A stretch of DNA of 64,000 bases, taken from positions 32,001 to 96,000 of the forward strand of contig CAWBKP010000022.1 in NCBI GenBank assembly GCA_963789395.1. The letters run 5' to 3'. Positions 9,542 through 19,363 of the stretch are shown here, in pieces; the stretch's first letter is position 1, and each line of letters starts with the position of its first letter. The notes beneath the pieces are model-generated. The model saw only the letters and a list, made by a program, of their open reading frames with translations. It was not told the DNA's origin and made no database searches. The stretch comes from an uncultured delta proteobacterium (GTDB taxonomy: Bacteria; Desulfobacterota; Desulfobacteria; Desulfobacterales; Desulfatirhabdiaceae). Position numbers and translations under genes: made by a program.

Positions 9542-11458
9542 ATGCACATCATATTTGGCACCTTTAGGGGCGGACAGGCAGAGGCTGCTACAGGTTACGA
9601 ACAGTTCCGGCGTGGTGTGGAAAAGCTATTCGGCGCAAAGACAACGCAATTTGGAAATGGGGCAACCAGAACAGGGCTTATGGGGCACGGCCGCCTCTCT
9701 GGGGCTGCGCGCGACGGCGATTCCTATCTCGTGTTGCTCGGTGCTGTACACCACCCGCTTCCTGGTTGGGGCGACGGTTCGCCACTGGACGATTCTGACA
9801 AAACAGCCGCATTTCTGCTGAGGCGCTACCGCGAACAGGGACTCGGGTTTCTCGATGATACGATAGGGGCGTTTGTCGTTGCGCTGTGGGATGCTGAAGA
9901 GAGGCGGTTCATCCTGGCCAACGACCCCATGGGGATGCGCTCAGCGTATTACTTCGCATCACCGGACAGATTCGCCTTTTCAAGCACCTTGTATGCTCTG
10001 AATTGTGCCGTAGATGGGGGATTGGAGATAGACCGCAGCCTCGAGGATTTCCTGCTGGGCTATGAATTCCTCCCCTGGCAACAGACACTTTACAAAGGCG
10101 TATTCAGCCTGGCTCCCGGCATGATTCTGGAGTGCAGAGACGGCGCCGTCAGGCAGCACACTTCCCACGGGCCTGACTGTTCGGCCTACCGGCTGGAAAA
10201 CCTGGCGCGGCCAGATGCCACGGATGAACTGGCAGGTGAAGCCCTGTTCGGTCTTTTCATGCGCTGCCTGCAAGATGTATTGCCTACTGACGACAGGGTG
10301 GCTGTCTTGTTGGGTGGGTTTGACTCCGCGCTTATCGTTGCAGCATGCAGGAATTTGGGCAAGAAAGTCGATAGTTATTCATTCCGCTTTCCGGACACTC
10401 GGTTCAATCAGGCTTTCGTGGAGGATCTGGCGCAGTTTTGCGGAGCAAAGCACCATTGGGTTGACATCTGCCCTCAAGTGCTGCAGGACGGTCTCTCGGA
10501 GTATCCCCTGCTTTTCAACCAGCCGTCCGGGATGTTCCACTATCTGGTGGAAACGGCACATGTTCTTCGGCAGATGAGAGCCGATGGCCATAATTATTGC
10601 CTGTCTGGGGACGGTTGCGACGAGCTATTTCTTGGGTATCCCAATGTTTTTAAGCGGGCGCGTTTTTTTCTGAAATATCGTTCAGTCCCGGGTTGGATTG
10701 CTTCGGGCGCTTCCTGGATATTGCGCCAACGCCTGGTCGAGACCCTGTTGGGACATTTGGTGCGGTTTCTTCGCAATTTCCTCAATATTGCCGGACGACC
10801 AATGCCCAGACGAGGGCATATTTCGAACAGAATTCTGGACGAGCATTCACTAATGTTTTTGCGCAAGGATTTTCCTCGTCAGGCGATGGATCCTGAAGCA
10901 GTATTGGCATCGCTTTCCATTGGACTTGAAGGGATGTCGCCACTCAGGTTGGCGTATCACGGGAAATCCATGCCGGGACTGAACCGTGCCAAGAATATGG
11001 GAGCAACGACCGCTTCTGGCCTGACCTTATTGTCACCTTACCAACATCCCGCTCTGGTATCTTTTGTGCAAAGTCTGCCAGAGGCGATGTTGCGACGGCC
11101 AAAGGTTAAGCGCGGGGATCTCAATTTGGGTAAATGGCTCCTTATGCGGGTGGCTGAGAAAAAAGGTCTGCTGCCAAGAAAAATAATATACCAGAAGAAA
11201 GATACCCCCGTTGCGGGTATGGCTGATTATTGGTATATGGGTCCGATGAAGGAATTTATCCTGTTGCAAATGGACTCACTTCCCTTTGTTTATGATGCGT
11301 TTTATGTCCGCAACTTGCTGGATTCAAAGTTTGCAGAGAATCTTTTTCGCAGGAAATTCTCAGCAGGGAGTTTTGTATTGAAGGCACCGGCATTGCTCGT
11401 CACCTATGCAGCCTTCAATAATCGGCAATGCAAAGGGTTCGTCAAAAAACGGTCATGA
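9542..11458 (+). CDS. Asparagine synthetase B-like ATP-dependent amide ligase lacking the N-terminal catalytic Cys
   Basis: GAFVVALWD, NDPMGMR, PP-loop variant LLGGFDS, SGDGCDELFLGY and LGKWLL. The N-terminus is MHIIFG rather than MCGIxG. Confidence 0.8.
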   Translation: MHIIFGTFRGGQAEAATGYEQFRRGVEKLFGAKTTQFGNGATRTGLMGHGRLSGAARDGDSYLVLLGAVHHPLPGWGDGSPLDDSDKTAAFLLRRYREQGLGFLDDTIGAFVVALWDAEERRFILANDPMGMRSAYYFASPDRFAFSSTLYALNCAVDGGLEIDRSLEDFLLGYEFLPWQQTLYKGVFSLAPGMILECRDGAVRQHTSHGPDCSAYRLENLARPDATDELAGEALFGLFMRCLQDVLPTDDRVAVLLGGFDSALIVAACRNLGKKVDSYSFRFPDTRFNQAFVEDLAQFCGAKHHWVDICPQVLQDGLSEYPLLFNQPSGMFHYLVETAHVLRQMRADGHNYCLSGDGCDELFLGYPNVFKRARFFLKYRSVPGWIASGASWILRQRLVETLLGHLVRFLRNFLNIAGRPMPRRGHISNRILDEHSLMFLRKDFPRQAMDPEAVLASLSIGLEGMSPLRLAYHGKSMPGLNRAKNMGATTASGLTLLSPYQHPALVSFVQSLPEAMLRRPKVKRGDLNLGKWLLMRVAEKKGLLPRKIIYQKKDTPVAGMADYWYMGPMKEFILLQMDSLPFVYDAFYVRNLLDSKFAENLFRRKFSAGSFVLKAPALLVTYAAFNNRQCKGFVKKRS

Positions 11459-12429
11459 ATGTCGCTCGAATCCGGTCATGGGCCATGCATTTATTTTCGG
11501 CCCTGGTGGTTGTCGGGTTGGTCGTCTACATATGGAAGCATTGGGGAGATGTCGAAGCCGGCATGGTTCTTTCAGCCGGTAAGTTAAGCTTCCTGGCCAT
11601 GCTGATTCTTGTGACTTGGATACTCAATTCCCTGCCGATGTTGATCTTAGCTCGCCTCATGCACAGGCGGATCGGATTCTGGGAGAATTTTGCCGTTCTG
11701 GTAGCTGGCATGTTGGGCAATTATCTGCCGATGCGTATGGGGACAATAATACGCATGCGTTTTTTCAAGAAGGTGCATGACCTTGAGTACACGGCCTTCA
11801 TTGGGATCATGGGCGTGCGAACCATTCTGTTGGCCGCCTTTACCGGGATACTGGGTTGCATCGGCCTGGTCGGCTTGGCAATTATGGGGCAGAATGTGTC
11901 TGCACCAGCCCCGATCGCTTTTACTGTGATGGCGCTCGTTTCCCTGCTTATCCTGTTCGTACCGCTGAAGCCCCCCGACCAAAATGGCACATACTGGGGG
12001 CGCCTTCTGTGGCAACTATCTGCCGGCCATTCCGCGCTACGGAACAATCCGAAAGCCTTTTGTCTCCTGTTCTCAGTTATGCTGGCTCAGTTCGCGATAT
12101 TGGGGATGCGGCTTTATATTTCGTTCCAGGTGTTCGGTCTTGAGTTGTCTGTTTGGTCTTTGCTACTGTTGGGTCCTGCCGCCACGATGGTCACTTTTGT
12201 TAATATCACTCCGGGGAACCTCGGGGTGAGGGAGTGGATAATTGGAGGACTTGCCGGGATCACCGGTATGGACTTCCAGAACGGAGTGTTCGCCGGTACC
12301 CTGGACCGTTCGGTCTTGATGGCGTTGACCTTTGTGATCGGTCCGATCTGCCTTTATTACACATTGCGCAGGTCCAACATGAGTCGGGATGCTGAATTTG
12401 ATCTAAAGACGGAAAAACCGTGTGCTTGA
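11455..12429 (+). CDS. Lysylphosphatidylglycerol synthase TM / flippase-like membrane protein (UPF0104)
   Basis: GNYLPMRMG and TPGNLGVRE motifs in a polytopic protein. Confidence 0.8.
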   Translation: MNVARIRSWAMHLFSALVVVGLVVYIWKHWGDVEAGMVLSAGKLSFLAMLILVTWILNSLPMLILARLMHRRIGFWENFAVLVAGMLGNYLPMRMGTIIRMRFFKKVHDLEYTAFIGIMGVRTILLAAFTGILGCIGLVGLAIMGQNVSAPAPIAFTVMALVSLLILFVPLKPPDQNGTYWGRLLWQLSAGHSALRNNPKAFCLLFSVMLAQFAILGMRLYISFQVFGLELSVWSLLLLGPAATMVTFVNITPGNLGVREWIIGGLAGITGMDFQNGVFAGTLDRSVLMALTFVIGPICLYYTLRRSNMSRDAEFDLKTEKPCA

Positions 12430-12657
12430 TCCGATGACTTGGTGGCATGCGTTGTTTGCCATAATACGCCGGATCATGGGCCTATCTGGATGGCGATGTT
12501 TTATTTACAGAGATCTTCAGGGGGGCATGCTATGTGTCGCCATGATTGATCCGGGCTGCATGTCGTTCTGAAACATTGCGCAGTCGCTTTTCATTTATCG
12601 CCGGACCGGCGAAAGCCTTTCATTACTGATAGACTGGTTTCTAAACAGGATGGCTCT

Positions 12658-13572
12658 ATGAGCATTCATTTGCCCAATTTTTTAATTGCCGGGGCGGCCA
12701 AATCCGGCACCTCGTCCCTTTACTATTATTTGAAGGGGCATCCGGATATTTTTCTTTGCCCAATCAAAGAACCCTGTTTTTTTTCCGCCCAGGTGCTGAA
12801 TTTGCCCCATCAGGGCGTTGGCGACGAGCGCAAGCCTTTTATCCGGACATTCGAAGCCTACAGCGCGTTGTTCGCAAAAGCCGGCAGCCAGAAGGCGATT
12901 GGGGAGGCCAGCGCTGACACCTTGTATTATTCTTCTGCTGTCATTCCACTGCTCAAGCAGGTCTTGGGCATGCCACGGATCATCATGTTATTGCGCAATC
13001 CGGTCGATCGGGCCTATTCCGCTTATCTGCACCTGGTACGGGATGCCCGGGAAACCCTGTCATTTGAAGAAGGCTTGGTGCAGGAAGAAGATCGTATCCG
13101 TCAAAATTGGCTTTCTATGTGGCATTACCGCAACAGGGGTCTGTACTTCCGTCAGGTCCAAGACTTCCTGGAGGCTTTCGGCCGGGATCGGGTCCGCGTT
13201 TTTCTACATGATGACTTAAAGTGTGCGGCGCTGGACGTCGTTAAACAGACCTGCGAATTTCTGGAGGTAGCCGCCGATTATCAGCCGCCGGATATCAATT
13301 TTCGCTATAATGCCTCCGGTTTTCCCTGGTCCAGACGCTTGAATAGCATTTTTCTAATGCGAAACAGTCTGCAACTCGGTATTCGCATGTTGGGCAGCCG
13401 GTTGTTGACCGAAGCAGGTTGGGCCAGGTTTCGCGAGTCTGTCCGCGCCCGCTTGTTCGTCAAGTCGGAAATGAAACCGGAAACGCGGTTATATCTGCAA
13501 CAGGTATTCCGGGAAGATCTGATGCGGTTGCAGGATCTAATCGAGCGTGATATCAGTCATTGGCTGGCGTGA
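12658..13572 (+). CDS. PAPS-dependent sulfotransferase
   Basis: PNFLIAGAAKSGTSSL (5'PSB), KEP, GEAS and LRNPVDRAYS (3'PB). Confidence 0.92.
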   Translation: MSIHLPNFLIAGAAKSGTSSLYYYLKGHPDIFLCPIKEPCFFSAQVLNLPHQGVGDERKPFIRTFEAYSALFAKAGSQKAIGEASADTLYYSSAVIPLLKQVLGMPRIIMLLRNPVDRAYSAYLHLVRDARETLSFEEGLVQEEDRIRQNWLSMWHYRNRGLYFRQVQDFLEAFGRDRVRVFLHDDLKCAALDVVKQTCEFLEVAADYQPPDINFRYNASGFPWSRRLNSIFLMRNSLQLGIRMLGSRLLTEAGWARFRESVRARLFVKSEMKPETRLYLQQVFREDLMRLQDLIERDISHWLA

Positions 13573-13627
13573 ATCGTAACACCTCGGCCCATGTGTTCAT
13601 GTAATTTTCAGGAAAAGGATACCAAAT

Positions 13628-14767
13628 ATGAAAATTTTTAATTTCAGCGCGGTTGTGCCGCAGATGCCTGATCTGCTTTTTCGGAGCCGCCTGAAATTCA
13701 ATTTTGAGCATTTGCCGTTTGAGGCCCGGGATTTGAGCTGGAAAAAAAAGATGGAATTTTTTCGTGGCGGGTCTGAATCAGTTTTTTCTGCCGGCGAGAC
13801 CGTGGGGGTATCCGGTGATAGCTCAGGTGGAGCCGATCAACGTTTGCAATCTGAAATGCTCTCTCTGTCTGACCGCTTCGCAAAATGACTCACGGCCTGC
13901 TGCCCGGCTGCCGCTGGAAGTTTTCAAGCGCTTTATTGATGAAGTCGGCGACTACCTTCTCCTGATTGTGCTCTGGAATTGGGGTGAGCCCTTCCTGAAT
14001 CCGGAAATTTGCGATATGATCGCTTATGCGACGAGCCGGGGCATCCTTGTGCATTCCAGCACCAACGGCAACGTGCGATTTGACGCTCAGACGGCCGAGC
14101 GCATCGTTACCAGCGGGTTGACCAGCCTGATATTTGCCGTGGATGGGGCAACGCAGGAGACATACAGCACCTATCGCCGGGGGGGGACTTGCAGCGGGTG
14201 CAAGACAACATAAGGGCATTGGTTGCGGCAAAAAAGCGCCTATCGGTGCCTTATCCGCAGTTGACTGTACGATTTGTGGCCATGAAGCAGAACGAGGCGG
14301 AATTACCTCTGGTGAAAAAAATGGCTCGGGAACTCGGGGTTGATTTTTTTTCCGTCAAATCGGTGGATATGCCAGAGCCACAAGGTTCCCGGCTCGATCA
14401 AATCTATCGACCGGAGCAAACTAAATATCGGCGTTATGAATATCTGCCCGGAACATATATTCGTCAGCAGCGATCTTTTCAGTGCATGCGGCCCTGGAAG
14501 CGGATTACCCTGGATGCGCTGGGGGAAGTAATTTCCTGCGAATATGATTATAAAAATCAGTTGTCGTTTGGATCCATCCTGGGGGGACAATCCGCGCTTT
14601 CGGTCTGGAAAAGCGTGGCGAGCCGGGCTTTCCGCCGGCATTTTCAGCGCGGTCATAACGACTATTATCATTGCAAGGATTGCACATACAAGAATATGAT
14701 CGGGGAGGATTGCATTCTCTACGCGAAGCCGGTTGCGTCTTTGTCGGACAAAGGGGCTCTGCGGTGA
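13628..14767 (+). CDS. Radical SAM/SPASM domain protein (two frameshifts)
   Basis: CNLKCSLC, WGEPFLNP, STNG, DGATQETY, and SPASM cysteines CMRPW...SCEYD...CKDC. Breaks occur at A8 (13742-13749) and G8 (14179-14186). Confidence 0.85.
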
Positions 14768-15681
14768 TTGCAGTGTGATTGTCTGCACTTATAATCGGGC
14801 GGGATTGTTGCAACGTCTCCTGGAATCCCTGGCTGTTCAGACGGAATCTGCGTCGGCTTTTGAGATCATAGTTGTCAACGATGGTTCCACTGATTCAACG
14901 GCAGCCGTCTGTGAATACTGGGCCGCGCGTTTGCCCAATTTGAAATGGGTTGCCCTAAGCTGTAATTCCGGGTTAAGCGTGGCCGGCAATCAGGGCGTGG
15001 CTGCGGCGAAGGGGCAATATCTGCTCTTTATCGACGATGACTGCATTGCTGATGCCTCGCTGGGTGACCGCAATGGTCGGCGCGTTGCAAACGGCCCCCA
15101 TTGCGGCAGGGTGTGTTACCAGTTCCCGTTCCAATTGGTTGATCCTTGGGCATAACCTGGCCCAGTTTCATCCCTTTTTCCCCGGCAGGTCATCGGGATC
15201 CGTGGATTTTATCGCAGGCGCCAATATGGGGTTTCGCCGGGAGATTTTTCGCAATCTGTGCCCATTCCGGGACGATTGCTTGATTCCGGACATGGAATTT
15301 ATCCTGCGCGCCCGTCAAAAAAAATACCCTATTATTTTTGCGCCTGAAGCGGTGGTGATTCATGCCCCGGCGCGTTCAAGCTTGCGCAAGGTTCTGCATT
15401 ACGGGGCCGCCCATGCCTTTCATTCCATCCGACTGCGACTGAAGTATCAACAGCTCTTGCAGACTCCCCTTTTCCTTAAGGTTCCCGTTCTGTTGTTTAG
15501 CATGGCGCCAATGATCGCTGGCATGAAAACCGCGCAGATTTATCTTTCCAATCGCCAATTGAAGCCTTTCCTGCCGCTCGCGCCACTGGTATTTCTGATC
15601 AAGCTGGCATGGTGCTGGGGGGCGGCTCAAGGCCTGTCAACCAGTGTGCGATCTTCATTTCATGCGTTAAATGTTGAATGA
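14764..15681 (+). CDS. GT2 glycosyltransferase with C-terminal TM region (frameshifted)
   Basis: SVIVCTYNR, VNDGSTD, FIDDDC and GANM spread across ORFs 14733-15155 and 15037-15681. Start is approximate. Confidence 0.82.
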
Positions 15682-15720
15682 AATAGCCCGTTCGATGCTT
15701 TACGAAATGAGATCGACAAA

Positions 15721-16597
15721 ATGCCCCTGCCAAATTTTCTAATTATTGGCGCTGCAAAAAGCGGCACCAACGCCATGTATAACTATCTCCGGCAGCATCC
15801 GCAAATTTTTATGAGTCCAGTCAAAGAACCGCGCTTTTTTGCATTCGAGGGTGAGACACCGCACTTTTCTGGACCTCAGGGTGCCAGATTTAGCAGTGAC
15901 ATTGTTACCACGATAGATGATTACCTCAAATTGTTCATGGCAGTCACGAATCAAATTGCCATCGGCGAAGCTTCGCCCGGTGTATCTAACTTTCAGTGAG
16001 AAGGCCGTGCGGTGCATTCAACGCCACGTGCCGAATGCCAAGCTAATTGCCATTTTGCGGCAACCTGCAGAACGCGCGTATTTGGCCCATCAGATGTGGC
16101 TTTATCGGGGTCATGAATCTCTGAGCTTCCCCCAAGCGCTTTCTGCGGAAGAGGCTCGCCGGCAGATGAATTGGGCATATCATTTTCGTTACAAAGCCCG
16201 AGGCTTTTATTACGCTCATTTGAGATCCTACTTTGATTGTTTCCCGCGGGAACAGATCCGGATTTATCTGTACGAAGAATGGGCCTTCAATCTCCAGGCT
16301 GTGCTGAGGGATATTTTTCGGTTTCTGGAAGTTGACGACACGTTTCAACCCCGGCGCCACACTTTCCAGGCGATTCTTAATAATCCGCATCCACTCAAGA
16401 ATGTACTCAAGCCCTTGTTGCCAAGGGTCATGCGGCGAAGCATACTTACCATCTTGCAATCTCTCACCAACCCCCCGCCTCTGGATCCCGAACTCCACCG
16501 CCAATTGACCGAGGAGTACCGTGATGATATTATTAAATTGCAGAGTTTGATCGGTCGCGATCTTTCACACTGGTTGGATCCAAAGCGGGGTGGCTGA
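15721..16597 (+). CDS. PAPS-dependent sulfotransferase (frameshifted)
   Basis: PNFLIIGAAKSGT, KEPRFF, GEASP and LRQPAERAY. Paralogue of 12658-13572. Confidence 0.85.
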
Positions 16598-16682
16598 GTG
16601 GTTCGAATCCTAAGCAATTCCGATATCATCGATGCCACAGCGCCTTTTAAACCATGAGACGTAGTGACGCGCAACAGTTGAT

Positions 16683-16946
16683 GGTATTCAATTAGAGGAA
16701 ATAAGTTTATTTTGAAGATGGATCAAATCACAACTATTGCTGTATACACCGAATTTTATCCTATCCCCAGAAATGGTTTTATTCTGTTCTCTGCCTATTA
16801 TTATGATGATAACGATTCGGATTGTTACTGCCGGTACGGGTTTGCCAAAATAATTTCCCCTTACTGTTCCGTTCAATTTTGCCACCAAAGTTGTTGTATG
16901 GTGCTGGAGGGCAATTCGCTGGCTGTTGACTTACAAGGGATCGTAA
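16683..16946 (+). pseudogene. Degenerate remnant of a GT2 C-terminal region
   Basis: Frame +3 reads RWIKSQLLLYTPNFILSP...LPK*FPLTVPFNFATKVVVWCWRA. This aligns by eye with RLKYQQLLQTPLFLKVP...LKPFLPLAPLVFLIKLAWCWGA of the GT2 ending at 15681. In-frame stops at 16713 and 16851. Confidence 0.6.
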
Positions 16947-17937
16947 ATGCAGCCAACGTATAGTATCCTGATCCCCGTTTGTCACGGCGGATCATTTCTG
17001 GCCAATGCCCTATCCACGTTGTCAAATATCGCGGTTCCGGAGAAAGGATTTGAGGTCGTACTGGTCGGAGACATGCTGGAGATTACAAAAAACATACCTC
17101 TCTTCACATCTGGAAATTCGTTGATTAAAAAGCACTGCGGGAAACCGGGCTGCTGCGTTGAATGCTGCATGCGCTGCCGCACGGGGATGTATCTGGGTTT
17201 TCGCCGACGATGATTGTATCTTTCCACAAGACTGGTTGCTGCGAATCGAAAGAACATCTGGCTGTTAATCCGGATGCTGTGGTGATAGGCGGGCGGGACG
17301 AACTGCCCCAAACTGCTGGAACGTTTGATCTTGCACTCGACCAGACATTGAACTCGTTTGCCGGGACGGGTGGAATACGACGAAATTCAGGAAGCAAGGT
17401 CGGGCGATACTATCCCAAACTTTGGAATATGACGGTTCGAGCCGATGCGGCACGACAGGCGGCCGTCAAATCGATGATTTTTAATCCGATGCTGCCGGTA
17501 CACGAAGATGTGGATCTTGTTGAGCGCATCATCAGGCAGGGCGGGCAGGTTGTCCATGCGCCGGAAATCGTGGTGGGTCATTTCCGGGATACGAATTTCA
17601 GCTCCTTTTTTTTCGCAACTTCCTTATGGCCCGAGTCTGCCGTGTATTGGGCCTTCATCGGCAAGCTCATTTGGCTTTGACCGTTGTTGTTCCTGGCTTG
17701 CTTCTATTCGGAATCGTGGCAATGTCAGCTCCGGCTCTCAAATCTGTTTTCTTCCTGCTGACCGGAATATACGTCACGGCCCTGCTTTTGACAGGAATAG
17801 GAAGCGCACTGAAAACAAGACGAATTTCTCTGGTGATCCTTGTTCCGATACTCATTCTTGCACTGCATACAGCCAGAGGGCTCGGATATTGCCTGCCGGC
17901 AAAACCAAAGGGGTCTTTATGCTCTCCAGTCGCCTGA
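16947..17937 (+). CDS. GT2 glycosyltransferase (multiple frameshifts, possibly degraded)
   Basis: YSILIPV, YPKLWNM, HEDVDL and VHAPEIVVGHFR, with C-terminal TM segments, over three ORFs. Confidence 0.65.
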
Positions 17938-18145
17938 TGTCCAAATCGCATGCAGTGTTTGGTATCCCGCAAGACAGCAGAATTTTCGGCGGGCCAGCCC
18001 CTCTCCATGGGCACCCGTCGATTTCAGCTCAACGGCTATGGTCAACCGTTTCTTTATCCGGAGATAATGGGCTGCAGTGGTCATTTCAGGAGCAATCACC
18101 CCTGCGGCACAAATGCCCTGAATAAAGACCAGGAGAATTCTAGTG

Positions 18146-19363
18146 ATGAAGATCGCGCAACTTGGACCGGCCCATCCCTTTCGCGGCGGCATTGTCCATT
18201 TCAACAGTCGTCTGGCCGAAGCGTTGCGCACCAGGCCGGATCTGGACATTGCCCTATACTATTGGTCCAAGCCCTATCCGGAAAGTCTGTTACCCAAATC
18301 GGTGAAAAACCGGCAGGACGAGCAAAGTACGATGACTTTTCACCAGCCGGGGCTGAACATCCTCAGCTATACGAATCCGCTGAGCTGGTTCATGCTGGTG
18401 CGTCTGTTGAAAAAAGGGCGTTATGATATGTTCATCACGCACTGGGTGCATCCTGTCCATTTTCCAGTATTTAGCATCATCTTCATGGCCATACGCCTTC
18501 TCACGAGAACACAAATTTGTCTGATTGTGCATAATTTCCTGCCGCATGAACATCTGCCCGGAGCCAAGATTATGATTCGATCAATTATAAACATGGCACA
18601 CAAGGTTATGCTGCACGGTAGAAGCGAAGCGCAAAAAGCCAGATCTTGCAATATTTTTCACCGGAAGATACACAACGCTTTTCACCCCGTTTATGACCAG
18701 TTCATCCTCCCGGTGGAATCCCGTGAATCAATTCGTATTGAACTGGGCCTGCGCAGCAAGGTTTTTCTTTTTTTCGGCTTCATCAGGCCCTATAAGGGTC
18801 TTGACTGCCTTCTGGAAGCCTTTCGCCGAATTGCCCCCACACATCAGGACATGTCACTTCTGGTCGTTGGGGAATATTTTTACCCCAAAGCAAAAATGGA
18901 ACGTGGCGTTACGGTCTCTTATCCCGAAAAGGCTCCCGGGCCTTTGGGTCTATCTCTGGCGGACCCGATTCTCAGACAGGTGGTGTGGATCAACCGCTAT
19001 GTGCCCAATGAGGAAGTCGGGCGCTATTTCAGTGTTGCGGACGTTGTTGTTGTCCCATACCATGACGCTAGCCAGTCGGGTCCCCTTCAAATTGCCTACG
19101 CCTTTGACAAACCCGTTATAGCAAGCGATATTCCTGCTTTCAGGGAAATTGTTGCGCAGGGGGAAAGCGGCTATTTGTTCCGACCCGGAGATCCGACAGA
19201 TTTGGCGAATAAAATGAAATTTTTTTTTCAAAGACCCATACAACCCTCTCAAGTTAACACATATCGCCAACGCTTTAACTGGGATGATTATAGCCGAATA
19301 CTTGTTGGCAGCCGGGATTCAACCTCTCCCCATTGTAATGAGCTTTTTTCAGACCGAAATTGA
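18146..19363 (+). CDS. GT4 glycosyltransferase
   Basis: GPAHPFRGGI, FFGFIRPYKG, PYHDASQSG. Confidence 0.9.
   Translation: MKIAQLGPAHPFRGGIVHFNSRLAEALRTRPDLDIALYYWSKPYPESLLPKSVKNRQDEQSTMTFHQPGLNILSYTNPLSWFMLVRLLKKGRYDMFITHWVHPVHFPVFSIIFMAIRLLTRTQICLIVHNFLPHEHLPGAKIMIRSIINMAHKVMLHGRSEAQKARSCNIFHRKIHNAFHPVYDQFILPVESRESIRIELGLRSKVFLFFGFIRPYKGLDCLLEAFRRIAPTHQDMSLLVVGEYFYPKAKMERGVTVSYPEKAPGPLGLSLADPILRQVVWINRYVPNEEVGRYFSVADVVVVPYHDASQSGPLQIAYAFDKPVIASDIPAFREIVAQGESGYLFRPGDPTDLANKMKFFFQRPIQPSQVNTYRQRFNWDDYSRILVGSRDSTSPHCNELFSDRN

Noticed and set aside
12470..12575. Short frame reading AYLDGDVLF resembling a GT DxD motif
   Set aside because: It is about 35 codons with no start codon and no further similarity, which is too weak to call.
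9542..14767. Lasso peptide or other RiPP cluster (AsnB-like protein plus radical SAM/SPASM)
   Set aside because: No precursor peptide, RRE or leader peptidase is visible, and the context is entirely glycan biosynthesis.
16585..16610. tRNA-like string GCGGGGTGGCTGAGTGGTTCGAATCC (D-loop and T-loop-like pieces)
   Set aside because: It has no anticodon arm or acceptor stem and overlaps the sulfotransferase stop codon, so it is probably chance.
17938..18142. Unassigned 200-bp gap covered by overlapping ORFs
   Set aside because: No recognisable motif, repeat or structure.
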